From Planctomycetota bacterium (GTDB lineage Bacteria > Planctomycetota > PLA2 > JAEUHO01), in contig JBFWRP010000013.1 in assembly GCA_050248855.1 (NCBI GenBank), positions 1 to 64,000 on the forward strand: a stretch of 64,000 nucleotides of DNA, given 5' to 3'. Within the stretch, counting starts at the first letter, position 1. Each line of letters starts with the position of its first letter. Below are positions 19,072 to 29,732 of the stretch, piece after piece. The notes under the pieces are model-generated. The model had not been told where the DNA came from, searched no databases, and worked only from the letters and a program-made list of their open reading frames with translations. A program made the position numbers and the translations under genes.

Positions 19072-19866
19072 ATGCCGAACGAGCCCGGTAGACCCGATGA
19101 CCCCTGGTCGCGTGCGTCGTGGCGGCGCCTCATCGCCTGGGAGAAGCGCATCCAGAGGGAGGCGCCCTTCCTGGCGCGGGCCCTGGGCGACCGCCGCGCC
19201 GACGGCGTGCTCGACCTGGGGTGCGGGTCCGGGGAGCACGTGGCGTGGTTCGCCGAACAGGGCGTGCGCGCCGTCGGCCTGGATCGCTCCCGCTCGATGA
19301 TCGAGTCGGCCCGCGACCACGAGCGGGCGGGCCGCGGCCGTTTCGTCGAAGGCGAGATCGCCGACGCCCCCGGGCTGCTGGCCTCCGAGGCGCCCTTCGG
19401 GCTCGTGATCTGCCTGGGCAACGTCCTGCCCTACGTCGACACGCCCGAAGCGCTCGATCGCTTCTTCGAGGTGGCTGCCGCGCTGCTCGTTCCCGGGGGG
19501 CGGCTCCTGGTGCAGATCCTGGCCTACGACTCGCTGCGGGCGCGGGGCCAGCGGGCCCTGCCGGTCAACGTGCGACCGGGCGAGACCGACGAGGAGGAGA
19601 TCGTCTTCCTGCGGCTCCTCACCTTCCTCGAGGACGACCGCGTGGTCTTCGTGCCGGCCACGTTCGGCCTCGACGTGGACGCGGACCCGCCGCTGCGCAT
19701 GGAGACGTGCCGGCGCGTGGAGGTCCGGGGCTGGACGGATCGCCACCTCGTACCGCGCGCCACGGCGCACGGGTTCGAGGTCGAGCTCTACGGCGACATG
19801 GAGGGGGGCGCGTACGATCCCCGGCGCTCGCACGACCTCGTGCTGCTGGCGACCAAGCGCGCCTGA
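19072..19866 (+). CDS. Class I SAM-dependent methyltransferase
   Basis: VLDLGCGSGEH, GLDRS, ICLGNVL, LVPGG. Confidence 0.85.
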   Translation: MPNEPGRPDDPWSRASWRRLIAWEKRIQREAPFLARALGDRRADGVLDLGCGSGEHVAWFAEQGVRAVGLDRSRSMIESARDHERAGRGRFVEGEIADAPGLLASEAPFGLVICLGNVLPYVDTPEALDRFFEVAAALLVPGGRLLVQILAYDSLRARGQRALPVNVRPGETDEEEIVFLRLLTFLEDDRVVFVPATFGLDVDADPPLRMETCRRVEVRGWTDRHLVPRATAHGFEVELYGDMEGGAYDPRRSHDLVLLATKRA

Positions 19867-21111
19867 TCAGCGGTTGGTGACCGGCCCCGGCGGACGTTCG
19901 TCCGGGTCGTCGAACAGCTCGGGATGGCGCACCTGCTCGGCCTTCCACCAGTCGTGCCACTTGCGCTTGTCGGTCCCCATCGTCTCGCCGCTGATCTTGC
20001 GCAGCGTCCAGGAGATCCAGATCCCGGCGGCCTTGTCGTCGAGACGGTCGATCAGCTCGGGCACCGCGTACCAGCCCAGCTGGAGCAGCGCCTTGTGCGC
20101 GGGCACCTGGTCGCCCGGGTCGAAGCGGAAACGGTTCATCTTGAAGACGAGCGGTGGGACGGCGCGGCGGTCCTTCTTGGTGGCCAGCCGCTCGATCGCC
20201 CACATGTGGTAGCCGATGTCCTGGACGTAGAGCACCTCGCCGAGCGCAGCCACCCCCTCGCGACCCAGGGCGTCGAGCTTCTCGAGCAGGTCCAGCGTCA
20301 GCTTGCGGTCCTTGCGCAGGTGGAACGCGCGTACGGCGGGCAGGTAGGGCGCCTCGGGCTCCTGCTTCTCGGGACGCTCGAGCGCGCGGAGCAAGACGTC
20401 GATCACGTCCGGCCACGTCTCCTCATGCCGCTTGGCGCTCCGCGCCGTGATCCAGGAGGCCAGGCGCGGCGTGCCCACGTCGGCCAGGGCCTGGTGCAGC
20501 GGAGGCCGTGCGCCCGGGTCCGTCTCCTCGTCGAACAGGTCGAGCAAGTGCGGCAACGCGACGACGCCGCGGTGCGCGAGCCCTGCGACCAGGGCAGCCT
20601 TGGCCTCGCGGTCCTCGGTCGCGCGGTACCGACGCACGACGTCCAGACACCAGGGGCGCAGCGGGGCGCCCTCCTCGTAGGGAGGGAGTGCCGGATGCGC
20701 CTGGGGCTCCTTCGGCGCGTCGCCCTCGACGCCCGCCCCTTCCGGCGCGTCGGCGCCGGGCTCGTCACGGTCGCCCGCCCGGTCCAGCCAGGCCGAGCAC
20801 CACTCGAGTCGGTCCGCGACCTCCTCCAGCATGCGGTCGCCGCGGGCGCGCGCAGCGACGCTCAAGCCCTGCTCCGTGGCCAGCACGTGGCGAACCTGGT
20901 CGCGCGCCTCGCCGAGCTTGCCGCGGGCCGCACGCACACGGCCCACGTCGTCCGTGGCCATGCCCGCATCCATCCACGCGCGCGCCAGCTCGAGCACCTC
21001 GCCGGCACGCTCGAAAGGATCCCCCTCGGCGCACACGGGGCGCAGGGCGGACGCAAAGACGGCAACACCCAGCGCGAGCACGCCCGCCGCCCACCTGACC
21101 GACGCTGCCAT
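19867..21111 (-). CDS. Exported HEAT-repeat-like hypothetical protein
   Basis: Signal peptide MAASVRW…; AVPPLV/AVPELI repeats; KWHDWWK tail. Confidence 0.6.
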   Translation of the reverse strand: MAASVRWAAGVLALGVAVFASALRPVCAEGDPFERAGEVLELARAWMDAGMATDDVGRVRAARGKLGEARDQVRHVLATEQGLSVAARARGDRMLEEVADRLEWCSAWLDRAGDRDEPGADAPEGAGVEGDAPKEPQAHPALPPYEEGAPLRPWCLDVVRRYRATEDREAKAALVAGLAHRGVVALPHLLDLFDEETDPGARPPLHQALADVGTPRLASWITARSAKRHEETWPDVIDVLLRALERPEKQEPEAPYLPAVRAFHLRKDRKLTLDLLEKLDALGREGVAALGEVLYVQDIGYHMWAIERLATKKDRRAVPPLVFKMNRFRFDPGDQVPAHKALLQLGWYAVPELIDRLDDKAAGIWISWTLRKISGETMGTDKRKWHDWWKAEQVRHPELFDDPDERPPGPVTNR

Positions 21112-21121
21112 GGCCCGCAGG

Positions 21122-21670
21122 CTACGACAACGGCGGTGGAAGCGCAGCCAGCGACGTCGGGGCCGCCTCGAAACGCGCCCCCACGAGCACCGCATCGAGG
21201 TCGTCCGGGCGCTTCGAGCCGACCAGGACGGGCCGCCCGTCGGCGAGCGTAAGCCTCACACCCTGGTCGCCCGACGCGTTCCAGGCCCAGCCGAAGCGGG
21301 GCGAGAAGCGCAGGCCGAAGCCGCCGTAGTCCCGGAACGGGCGGTAGCGAACCGTGCGATGGCCCTCGATGCGGTCGAGCGGGATGCGGCGCCCCCACAC
21401 GGGCCACCAGCGGACGATCAGCTCGCGCTCCGTGACACGTGTCTCGAGACGAAGCAGCACGAGAACGAGGGGCAAGACGATGCCGCTGATCACGTAGACG
21501 GCCCCCAGCAGCACGCGCGGGACGCCCGGCAGGAGGCTGGTGGCATCGAGCACCTCGCGCGACAGCAAGGCCCACCACGCCAGGACCGCCGCGGCCATGA
21601 CGAGCACCCAGGCCCACCAGAGCGTGAGGCGCTGCGACTCGACGTAGAGCAGGCGGGGGGGGGACGCCAC
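21122..21670 (-). CDS. Two-TM membrane protein with bPH-like domain
   Basis: Two hydrophobic helices; YGGFGLR, GVRL…VLVGS. Confidence 0.6.
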   Translation of the reverse strand: MASPPRLLYVESQRLTLWWAWVLVMAAAVLAWWALLSREVLDATSLLPGVPRVLLGAVYVISGIVLPLVLVLLRLETRVTERELIVRWWPVWGRRIPLDRIEGHRTVRYRPFRDYGGFGLRFSPRFGWAWNASGDQGVRLTLADGRPVLVGSKRPDDLDAVLVGARFEAAPTSLAALPPPLS

Positions 21671-21756
21671 GCAGCGAGCGTACCCCTCCCGGGAGCGTCC
21701 GGCCCTCGACCGGATCGCGCGCGTCCGGGCGAGCGGCGCCTCCGTACAGTCCTCGC

Positions 21757-22704
21757 GTGGCCCCCGACACCCTCGCCGCCCTGACCCTGGTGGTCGCCGC
21801 GCTCGGCGCGCTGGCGGCGTGGCCGCTTCGCCGGCGAACCGCGGGCCCCCGCGCGGCGGCCCTGGGCGCCCTCGGTCTGGTCCTGCTCCTGCTTCCGCTC
21901 GTGGCGGCCCGCGACGCCTCCTGGCCCTATCGCCTCCTCGCCGGCATGGGCGTGCCCATCGTGGTGCTCAAGCTGCGCGACCTCCACGTGGCCGCCCCGT
22001 GGTGGAGCGCGCAGCCCCTGGGTCGCTGGGTCCTCGCGATCGTGCTGCCCTTCGTCCTCGTTCCTCGCGCGCACGCCGCCGCGCCGCAGCCGCCGAAGCG
22101 GGTGCTCCTCCGGCGGCTCGTCGTGGGCGGCGTCGAGGTGCTTGCCGGCGTGGCTCTCTGGCGGGCGGGCTTGCCGACCGCCGCGGCCGAGCATGGCTTC
22201 GTGCTCGAACACGTGACCCGCGTGCTGTTGCTCTACCTGATCGCCTTCGACGGGGGTCTGGCCGTACTGGGCGCGGCGCTCGGCTTGGCTGGCCTCGCAC
22301 GTCTGCGCTTCACGCACCACCCGATCGTGGCCGCCACCCCCGCCGACTTCTGGCGGCGCTACAACCTCGAGGCCGGGCGCTGGTTCCATCACGACATCTT
22401 CCTGCCCGACGGCGGACGACGGCATCCGCTGCGTACCACCCTCGTGGTGTTCCTCGTCAGCGGCCTGCTGCACGAGTACCTCGCGGCCGTGCTCGTCGGG
22501 CGCGTGCAGGGCTACCAGACGGCGTTCTTCCTGCTCCACGGTGCGCTCGTCGTGACGACGGCACGCCTGCGACCGCGCGGCGCCGTCCGTGCGATCGCCA
22601 TCGCGTCGACGTTCGTGATCGTGATGGCCACGACGGTGTTGTTCTTCGCGTCGATCCATGCGGCAGAAGGTCGCTTCTGGATCAACGAGGCACCGCTTCC
22701 GTGA
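21757..22704 (+). CDS. MBOAT / wax-synthase-like membrane-bound O-acyltransferase
   Basis: Multi-TM; DFWRRYN and FLVSGLLHEY motifs. Confidence 0.8.
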   Translation: MAPDTLAALTLVVAALGALAAWPLRRRTAGPRAAALGALGLVLLLLPLVAARDASWPYRLLAGMGVPIVVLKLRDLHVAAPWWSAQPLGRWVLAIVLPFVLVPRAHAAAPQPPKRVLLRRLVVGGVEVLAGVALWRAGLPTAAAEHGFVLEHVTRVLLLYLIAFDGGLAVLGAALGLAGLARLRFTHHPIVAATPADFWRRYNLEAGRWFHHDIFLPDGGRRHPLRTTLVVFLVSGLLHEYLAAVLVGRVQGYQTAFFLLHGALVVTTARLRPRGAVRAIAIASTFVIVMATTVLFFASIHAAEGRFWINEAPLP

Positions 22705-23010
22705 TGCGTGCCAAGGCGCCGCAAGTGCCGTTTCCAGCCTGTTCCGACGCCTGTTCCAGGGGTGTCCACGAGTTTTTCCCCGTCTGACGACACGCCCCGA
22801 CAAGCGCCTTCCGACGCAAGCGCGGCATGGCGGACGACACGACGGCCCGAATCATCCGGGGCTCGCGCCGGAAACGCGTGGTGTGCGCACGGCACCGCGG
22901 CACGACGGCACGCACGTTGCGATGCCTCCCCCGTCGCTTGCGGCACTGGCCCTCGTGGCCAGGAAGGTTCCCTCCGGGGCCCCGGCCGAGAAGCGACAAG
23001 GAGTAGCACC

Positions 23011-23634
23011 ATGCGTTTCCAGATCCTCGCCACCTTGCTCGCCGCCCCCCTGACCCTGGCTGGTTGCGGCGGCGGCAGCGTCTTCGATCCGCCGATCACG
23101 GCGCAGATGCCGAACGTGGCCGCCGACAGCGGCTACGCCTACGCAAGTGGCAGCTTCTACACGACCGACAGCGGATATCCGATCCGCCTCGGCGACATCG
23201 GCACCAACGTGCAGCGTCGCGGCCTGCTCCGCTTCAACCTCGCGAGCATCCCCGCGGGCGCGACGATCGAGGACGCCGAGCTGCGCATCGGCCAGTACAA
23301 CATCACCGGCAACCCGTACGGAACGCTCGGCGACGTCACGGTCGACCACGTCGCCATGGGCGTGGCCTTCGACGGCCCCGATTTCTCGGGCGGCACCCTC
23401 GCCTCCAACATCGGCATCCTGTCCACGGCCTCCTCGCTGGAGGAGAAGTCCCTGAACGTCACGCAGCGCGTGATCGATGACCTGAACGCAGGCCGCTCGA
23501 CCACCGACTTCCGCCTGCGGTTCCAGCTCGCCACGGACAGCGACGGCGCCATCGACGCGGCCGAGCTCAACAACGCCTTCGACATCGGCGCGAACGGCCA
23601 GATCCCCCGCCTGATCGTCCGCTACCGCGACTAG
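23011..23634 (+). CDS. Lipoprotein with DNRLRE-like beta domain
   Basis: RBS AAGGAG; LAGC lipobox; [27 protein letters not shown]. Confidence 0.65.
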   Translation: MRFQILATLLAAPLTLAGCGGGSVFDPPITAQMPNVAADSGYAYASGSFYTTDSGYPIRLGDIGTNVQRRGLLRFNLASIPAGATIEDAELRIGQYNITGNPYGTLGDVTVDHVAMGVAFDGPDFSGGTLASNIGILSTASSLEEKSLNVTQRVIDDLNAGRSTTDFRLRFQLATDSDGAIDAAELNNAFDIGANGQIPRLIVRYRD

Positions 23635-23664
23635 CGCGCGACGAGCCCCCTTCCGCTTCCCCCC

Positions 23665-23698
23665 GCCGGGCGCGGGTCCTCCGGGACCCGCGCCCGGC
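23665..23698. terminator. GC-rich hairpin (putative terminator)
   Basis: 15-bp perfect stem with TCCG loop just after the lipoprotein stop. Confidence 0.55.
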
Positions 23699-23737
23699 TC
23701 CCGTTCCGGAGCCGATCCCCCCTACACTCGGGTGCGA

Positions 23738-25711
23738 ATGTCCACCCTGTTCCTCCCCACGACCCGCGAGGAGATGGACGCGCTCGGCTGGGAGCAGCCG
23801 GACGTCGTCTTCGTCTCCGGCGACGCCTACGTGGACCACCCGTCGTTCGCGGCGGCGATCCTCGGACGGCACCTCGAGGCCCATGGCTTCCGGGTGGCCA
23901 TCCTGCCGCAGCCCGACTGGCGCAGCGCCGACGCCTGGCGCGCGCTGGGCCGACCGCGCCTCTTCTACGCGGTCAGCGCCGGGAACATGGACTCGATGAT
24001 CAACCACTACACGGCGAACAAGAAGCGTCGCAACGACGACGCCTACTCGCCGGGTGGACGCATCGGCCTGCGACCCGACCGTCCCACGCCGATCTACGCC
24101 CAGCGCTGCCGCGAGGCGTTCTCGGGCGTACCGGTGGTGATCGGCGGCGTCGAGGCGTCCTTGCGCCGCATCGCCCACTACGACTACTGGAGCGACACGG
24201 TTCGCCCCTCGATGCTCGTGCCGAGCAAGGCCGACCTGCTCGTCTACGGCATGGGCGAGCGCCCCATCGTCGAGATCGCCAGGCGCCTGGAAGCCGGCGA
24301 GCCGGTCACCGCGCTTCGCGACCTGCGCGGCGTCGCCTACCTGCTGGGCCGCACGGAGTCTCTCCCCGACCATCGCTTCGAGAACGCCGCCTGCGACCAG
24401 CGCACGATCGAGCTGCCGTCCTTCGAGGACGTGGCGGCCAGCGCCGACGCCTTCGTGCGCATGACCGCTCTCCACCACCACGAGACCAACCCGCTGAACG
24501 CGCGCCGCGTGGTGCAGCTCCACGGCGACCGCCTCCTGGTCCAGAACCCGCCGTCGCTCCCGCTCTCGGAGGCGGAGATGGATGCGGCCTACGACCTGCC
24601 GTACACGCGCCGTACGCACCCGCGTTACGACGAGCCCGTGCCTGCGCACACCATGATCAAGGACTCCGTGACGATCATGCGCGGCTGCTTCGGGGGCTGC
24701 ACGTTCTGCAGCATCACGATGCACCAGGGCCGCATCATCCAGAGCCGCAGCGAACGCTCGATCCTCGACGAGGTCCAGCACATCGCCGCCGATCCGGAAT
24801 TCAAGGGAACGATCAGCGACATCGGCGGCCCCACAGCCAACATGTACAAGATGCGCTGCACGCGGCCGGAGATCGAGGCCAAGTGCCGTCGCCTCTCGTG
24901 CATCCATCCCAAGGTCTGCCCGCTGCTGGGCACCGATCACAAGCCCACGATCGACCTGCTCGACAAGGCGCGGGCCACACCGGGCGTGCGCCGCGTGCAC
25001 GTGGCTTCGGGCATCCGCATGGATCTCGCCAACCGCTCGCCCGAGTACGTGGACACGCTCGTTCGCCACCACGTGGGCGGGCATCTGAAGGTGGCGCCCG
25101 AGCACACGTCCGACAAGGTGCTCTCGGCCATGAAGAAGCCGCCGCAGGCCGAGTTCGAGGCGTTCGAGGAGAACTTCGCCGCGGCCAGCCGCGCGGCCGG
25201 CAAGCAGCAGTACCTCGTGCCCTACTTCATCGCCAGCCATCCGGCCAGCACCACCGACGAGATGATCGAGCTGGCGGTGTTCCTGAAGGCCCGCGGCTAC
25301 CGCCCGCGCCAGGTGCAGGACTTCATTCCCGCGCCCATGGACATCGCCACGTGCATGTACCACACGGGCCGCGACCCGTTCTCCGGCGCGGCCGTGGAGA
25401 CGCCTCGTAGGCTGCGCGATCGCCAGGTGCAGCGCGCCTTGCTGCAGTACTTCCGACCGGAGAACTGGTTCACCGTGCGTCGTGCGCTGCTGGACCGCGG
25501 GCGAGCCGACCTGATCGGCGACGGCCCGACATGCCTGATCCCCGCGCGAGCGCCGGCCGAGGCGATCGCGGCCCGCCGCCGGGGCGCCGCCGAGGACGCG
25601 GCCCCCGTGCATGCCGAGGATGCGGGCACCTCGCCGACCGTCGGCTACCGCCCGGGTCGCAAGGGCGCGCGCCGACGCAGTCGGCCTCCGGGGAGCGGGC
25701 GGGGTTCATGA
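23738..25711 (+). CDS. ygiQ: YgiQ family radical SAM protein
   Basis: [25 protein letters not shown] cluster motif, [15 protein letters not shown]. Confidence 0.92.
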   Translation: MSTLFLPTTREEMDALGWEQPDVVFVSGDAYVDHPSFAAAILGRHLEAHGFRVAILPQPDWRSADAWRALGRPRLFYAVSAGNMDSMINHYTANKKRRNDDAYSPGGRIGLRPDRPTPIYAQRCREAFSGVPVVIGGVEASLRRIAHYDYWSDTVRPSMLVPSKADLLVYGMGERPIVEIARRLEAGEPVTALRDLRGVAYLLGRTESLPDHRFENAACDQRTIELPSFEDVAASADAFVRMTALHHHETNPLNARRVVQLHGDRLLVQNPPSLPLSEAEMDAAYDLPYTRRTHPRYDEPVPAHTMIKDSVTIMRGCFGGCTFCSITMHQGRIIQSRSERSILDEVQHIAADPEFKGTISDIGGPTANMYKMRCTRPEIEAKCRRLSCIHPKVCPLLGTDHKPTIDLLDKARATPGVRRVHVASGIRMDLANRSPEYVDTLVRHHVGGHLKVAPEHTSDKVLSAMKKPPQAEFEAFEENFAAASRAAGKQQYLVPYFIASHPASTTDEMIELAVFLKARGYRPRQVQDFIPAPMDIATCMYHTGRDPFSGAAVETPRRLRDRQVQRALLQYFRPENWFTVRRALLDRGRADLIGDGPTCLIPARAPAEAIAARRRGAAEDAAPVHAEDAGTSPTVGYRPGRKGARRRSRPPGSGRGS

Positions 25712-26490
25712 GCTCGTCGCAGGGCGCCGCGCGGCCGCCGCTCGTGCGCTACCTCTCGCGATGCCACGTCGCCCCGCGCCCGGAAGCTCGCCGCTTGGTG
25801 CAGGCAGGGCGCGTCACCGTCAACGGTCGCCGGGTCACGGACGGCGCGTGGCGGGTGGATCCCGCCCGCGATCGCGTGGAAGTCGACGGCCAGGTGGTGC
25901 GACTGGATGCGGCGCGAGCCCGTCATGTCTGGTGGGTCGTCAACAAGCCGCGAGGCACGGTGGCGACCACGCGCGATCCCGAGGGCCGCCCCACGGTGCT
26001 CGAGCTGGTGCCCGAGCCTCGCGCGCCGGGCCTCGCTCCCGTGGGCCGCCTCGACAAGGCCAGCGCCGGCTTGCTGCTGCTCACGAACGACCACGAGGCC
26101 GCCGCGCGGCTGCTGGACCCGGCGAGCCACGTGGCCAAGGTCTACCGCGTGAAGGTCCGCGGACACCCCGGCGAGACGACGCTGGCCGCCTGGCGCACGG
26201 AGACCGTCGAGGAGGACGGCCTGGTGCTCGGCCCGATGGACGTGGTCGTCGAGCGGGTCGGCCCCAAGTCGTGCTGGCTGTCAATCACCCTCCACGAGGG
26301 GAAGAACCGGCAGATCCGTCGCCGCGTGGAGGCCGCGGGCCACGCGGTCGAGGTCTTGGTGCGAACGCGCTTCGGTCCGTTGGAGCTGGGCGACCTGGCA
26401 CCCGGTGCCGCACGCGAGCTGACGCCCGAGGAGCGGGCCGCCCTGCTCGGCACGGGGGATCCGGACACCGCGCCGCACGATCGGGCCTGA
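25708..26490 (+). CDS. RsuA/RluB-family rRNA pseudouridine synthase
   Basis: S4-like N-terminus, [24 protein letters not shown]. Confidence 0.9.
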   Translation: MSSSQGAARPPLVRYLSRCHVAPRPEARRLVQAGRVTVNGRRVTDGAWRVDPARDRVEVDGQVVRLDAARARHVWWVVNKPRGTVATTRDPEGRPTVLELVPEPRAPGLAPVGRLDKASAGLLLLTNDHEAAARLLDPASHVAKVYRVKVRGHPGETTLAAWRTETVEEDGLVLGPMDVVVERVGPKSCWLSITLHEGKNRQIRRRVEAAGHAVEVLVRTRFGPLELGDLAPGAARELTPEERAALLGTGDPDTAPHDRA

Positions 26491-26518
26491 TGCGCGGGCC
26501 GGCGCCTACCCTCTCGCC

Positions 26519-27901
26519 ATGAGGCCGACGCACCGACCCACCCTGCTGCTGGCCGTCGTGGGGCTCGGGCTCGTTGCCCTCGCGTGGGGGCCGGCGTGGG
26601 GCGACGACGCGTCGCCACACGTGCCCGATGCCGCCGCAGGGCGTCGCCACCTGCTCGAGACCGCCTACGTGCCGGCGGCCCTGGATCAGGAGATCGCCGA
26701 CAACCTGTGGCGTGTGTGGTCGGAGCCGCTGCGCACCCAGGCCGCAGGCCTGGAGCCGGCCGCACGGCGAGGCCTCATGTTCCGCCATTACGGGTTCGAC
26801 GTGCGCCCTGGCGACACGGAGGGGCCGCCGCTCCAGATGGTCGTCACCCCGGAGGGCACGTGGCACATGAGCTGTTTCACGTGCCACGCCGGTCACGTCG
26901 CCGGCCAGGTGATTCCCGGCCTGCCCAACGCCCACCTGGCGCTGCAGTCCCTCGTCGACGACGTGGCCAAGACCAAGCGCCTGCTCGGGCGCAAGCTGGT
27001 GCCGAGCGACTTGGCCTCGTCGTTCCTTCCCTTTGGCGAGACGGTCGGCACCACGAACGCGGTCGTCTTCAGCATCAGCCTGCTGCGTCTGCGCGATGCC
27101 AACCTGGACGTCGTGCCGCCACGCGGGATCCCCCGCCTCCCCCACCACGACCTCGACGCGCCGCCCTGGTGGCATCTCGAGCGTCGCCGGCACCTCTACA
27201 TCGACGGCTTTGCCAAGCCCAACCACCGCGCGCTCATGCAGTTCCTGCTGGTGCCGCAGAACGGGCGCAACGCGGTGCTCGCGGCCGAAGATGACTTCCG
27301 CGACATCGAGGCCTACGTCCGCTCCATCCAGGCCCCGCGCTGGCCGTTCGAGGTGGACGGGGAGAAGGCCGCGCGCGGTGGCAAGGTCTACGAGACCACG
27401 TGCGCGGACTGCCACGGCACGTACGGCGAGGGCGGGGCCTACCCCGAGACCCTCGTGCCGATCGACGTGATCGGCACGGATCGCGTGCGGCTCGACGCGC
27501 TCACCGTCAAGGACCGCACGATCTACAGCACCTCGTGGCTGACCGGGTACGACCCGACCGGCGTGCGCACGGATCCCGGCGGGTACGTGGCTCCTCCCCT
27601 GGACGGCATCTGGGCCTCCGCGCCGTACCTGCACAACGGGAGCGTGCCGACGCTGTGGCACCTGCTGCGCCCCGACCGACGTCCCGCAGCCTGGCGCCGC
27701 GATCCGGGGCGCTACGACGAAGCGCGCGTCGGGCTCGTCATCGAGGAGGCGCCTGCACCGCCCGCCACGGACGACGCCGACGCGCGGCGCCGCTGGTTCG
27801 ACACGACCAAGCGAGGCAAGAGCCCCGCGGGCCACGACTTCCCCGCGGCCCTGACCGACGCCGAGCGCGACGATCTGCTCGAGTACCTCAAGACGCTCTG
27901 A
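26519..27901 (+). CDS. Exported di-heme c-type cytochrome (RoxA/MauG-like motif)
   Basis: Signal peptide; CFTCH and CADCH; LDGIWASAPYLHNGSVPTL; GHDF…LLEYLKTL. Confidence 0.8.
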   Translation: MRPTHRPTLLLAVVGLGLVALAWGPAWGDDASPHVPDAAAGRRHLLETAYVPAALDQEIADNLWRVWSEPLRTQAAGLEPAARRGLMFRHYGFDVRPGDTEGPPLQMVVTPEGTWHMSCFTCHAGHVAGQVIPGLPNAHLALQSLVDDVAKTKRLLGRKLVPSDLASSFLPFGETVGTTNAVVFSISLLRLRDANLDVVPPRGIPRLPHHDLDAPPWWHLERRRHLYIDGFAKPNHRALMQFLLVPQNGRNAVLAAEDDFRDIEAYVRSIQAPRWPFEVDGEKAARGGKVYETTCADCHGTYGEGGAYPETLVPIDVIGTDRVRLDALTVKDRTIYSTSWLTGYDPTGVRTDPGGYVAPPLDGIWASAPYLHNGSVPTLWHLLRPDRRPAAWRRDPGRYDEARVGLVIEEAPAPPATDDADARRRWFDTTKRGKSPAGHDFPAALTDAERDDLLEYLKTL

Positions 27902-29146
27902 CTACGAGGGATCGAAGCGCAGCACGCGGTGGTTGCGCCGGTCGCCGACCCACAGGCTGCCGCCATCGGCGTGGACCCACAGGTAGCCGCTGGAGCTGAA
28001 GAGGGTGCGCGCCGAACAGGAGGCATCAGGCGTGCCGTCTTGGTTGTCGTCGTTGGCCGCCGTGTGGTTGAAGTCGGACTGGCCGAGCACGACGTCCGCC
28101 GCCTGGCCGTTGGACGTGGGCCACGCATTCCAGATGAGCACGCGGTTGTTCTCGCAGTCGGCCACGAAGAGCCGCGTGCCGTCCGACGTGACGTCGCTGG
28201 GGGCGCTCATGCCCGCGGCGCCGCTGCCGGCCGAGATGCTCGACATGGAACCCTGTCCGAGGACGAGATCCGCCGCCTGGCCGTCGGCCGTCGGGAACGT
28301 GTTCCAGATCAAGACGCGATTGTTCGCCAGATCGGCCACCACGACCCGCGTCCCGTCCGTCCAGACGCCGTAGGGCTGCGACATCGTGGCGCCCGACGGC
28401 GCCATGCCCTGGTTGACGGCGGCACCGGCCATCGTCGCCTGGCCGAGGACGAACGTGGCGGGCGCGTTGTTCGCCGCGGGCAAGGGCGTGAACAGGAGCA
28501 CGCGGTTGTTCACGGTGTCGGCAACGGCCAAGACACCGGCGGTGGCGGACACGCCGTTGGGCGAGGCAAACGTGTTCGCCGCGGGCGGGACCGCCTGGCC
28601 GTTGGCGAAGAAGTCGGCCTGGCCCAGGACCAGCGCCGCTGCGGCACCGTTCGCGGTCGGCTCGGGGGTGTACGCCACGACGCGGTTGCTGCCGCTGTCG
28701 GCGACCCAGATCGAGGTCCCGTCGGAGGCGACACCCGAGGGCCCCATCAGCTCGCCGACGCCGGTCAGGCCGCCCGTCTCGTCGAACTCCATGTGGCCGA
28801 TGACCCAGTCCGCCGCGGCGCCGCTGACCGTGGGGACGTTGGTCCAGCCGAGCACGCGGTTGTTGTTCGAGTCGACGGTGACCAGCCCGCGCGACGTGAA
28901 CGCCACTTGGTGGGGCGCGTCCATCGTCGCGGCGCCCGCCGTTCCGCCGCGGTCCGCACTGTTGGCGGTGAACCCAGCCTGCCCCAGGACCAGGCTGGCC
29001 GCCTGGAACGTCTGGTAGCCCGATCCGGGCGGGGGTTGGAACGGGCCCCCGCCGCTGCTGCCGCCGCACCCCGCCACCAGGGCACACACCACGACGACGA
29101 CGAACCGCAACGCACGCGGCGCCGCAGGACACAAGCTCGAGCGCAT
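27902..29146 (-). CDS. NHL-repeat beta-propeller lipoprotein
   Basis: VAGC lipobox; repeated VAD..NNRVL…ADxVLGQ units. Confidence 0.85.
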   Translation of the reverse strand: MRSSLCPAAPRALRFVVVVVCALVAGCGGSSGGGPFQPPPGSGYQTFQAASLVLGQAGFTANSADRGGTAGAATMDAPHQVAFTSRGLVTVDSNNNRVLGWTNVPTVSGAAADWVIGHMEFDETGGLTGVGELMGPSGVASDGTSIWVADSGSNRVVAYTPEPTANGAAAALVLGQADFFANGQAVPPAANTFASPNGVSATAGVLAVADTVNNRVLLFTPLPAANNAPATFVLGQATMAGAAVNQGMAPSGATMSQPYGVWTDGTRVVVADLANNRVLIWNTFPTADGQAADLVLGQGSMSSISAGSGAAGMSAPSDVTSDGTRLFVADCENNRVLIWNAWPTSNGQAADVVLGQSDFNHTAANDDNQDGTPDASCSARTLFSSSGYLWVHADGGSLWVGDRRNHRVLRFDPS

Positions 29147-29212
29147 GGTCGGACTCCGGCCCCCCGGCCCTTCAACCTTACCCCAGCCTCGCCAGGGCCG
29201 TGAGCGCGCGGA

Positions 29213-29704
29213 TCAGGAGGCGGCCGCGCCCCGCCAGTTGTCGGCCGTTGTCAGGTCCACGGCGCCCGCGGCCTTTGCGTACAAGAAGAGCTGCATGCGG
29301 TAGGCCGTCATCCACTTGAGCGGCATCTCGAGCAGCGCCCGCCCCAGCGGCACCTCCACCCCCCACGGAAGCTTCGCGGGCGTCTCGGTGACCTCGTCGC
29401 TCCCGAGCCCGCCCAGGTAGTCGGCGAGCGCGTGCTTCTGCCGGTCCATGGCCGCGGGGACCTCCGCCAGCGTCAGCTCCTGGCCGCGCACGGCCTCGTC
29501 CTTCCACACCTGGACGTCGCCCTCGACGGCCCAGCGCGCCGCGCCGATGCCGCAGTACGTGAGGTAGCGCAGCAGCTCGAGCGTCGTGCGCTGCCCCTCG
29601 GACGGCCGGTAAGACTCGGCACCGTCCGGGAGACGCGACACCAGGTGCTTCACGATGTCGCACTCGTGGCCGAGGACATCGACGAGGTGCTGGAGCTGCG
29701 ACAT
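29213..29704 (-). CDS. DinB-like hypothetical protein
   Basis: RBS GGGAGG; YRP…RTTLELLRYL…YRMQLFLYAK. Confidence 0.6.
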   Translation of the reverse strand: MSQLQHLVDVLGHECDIVKHLVSRLPDGAESYRPSEGQRTTLELLRYLTYCGIGAARWAVEGDVQVWKDEAVRGQELTLAEVPAAMDRQKHALADYLGGLGSDEVTETPAKLPWGVEVPLGRALLEMPLKWMTAYRMQLFLYAKAAGAVDLTTADNWRGAAAS

Positions 29705-29732
29705 GAAGGCCTCCCGGGTTGGTCGGAGGAGC

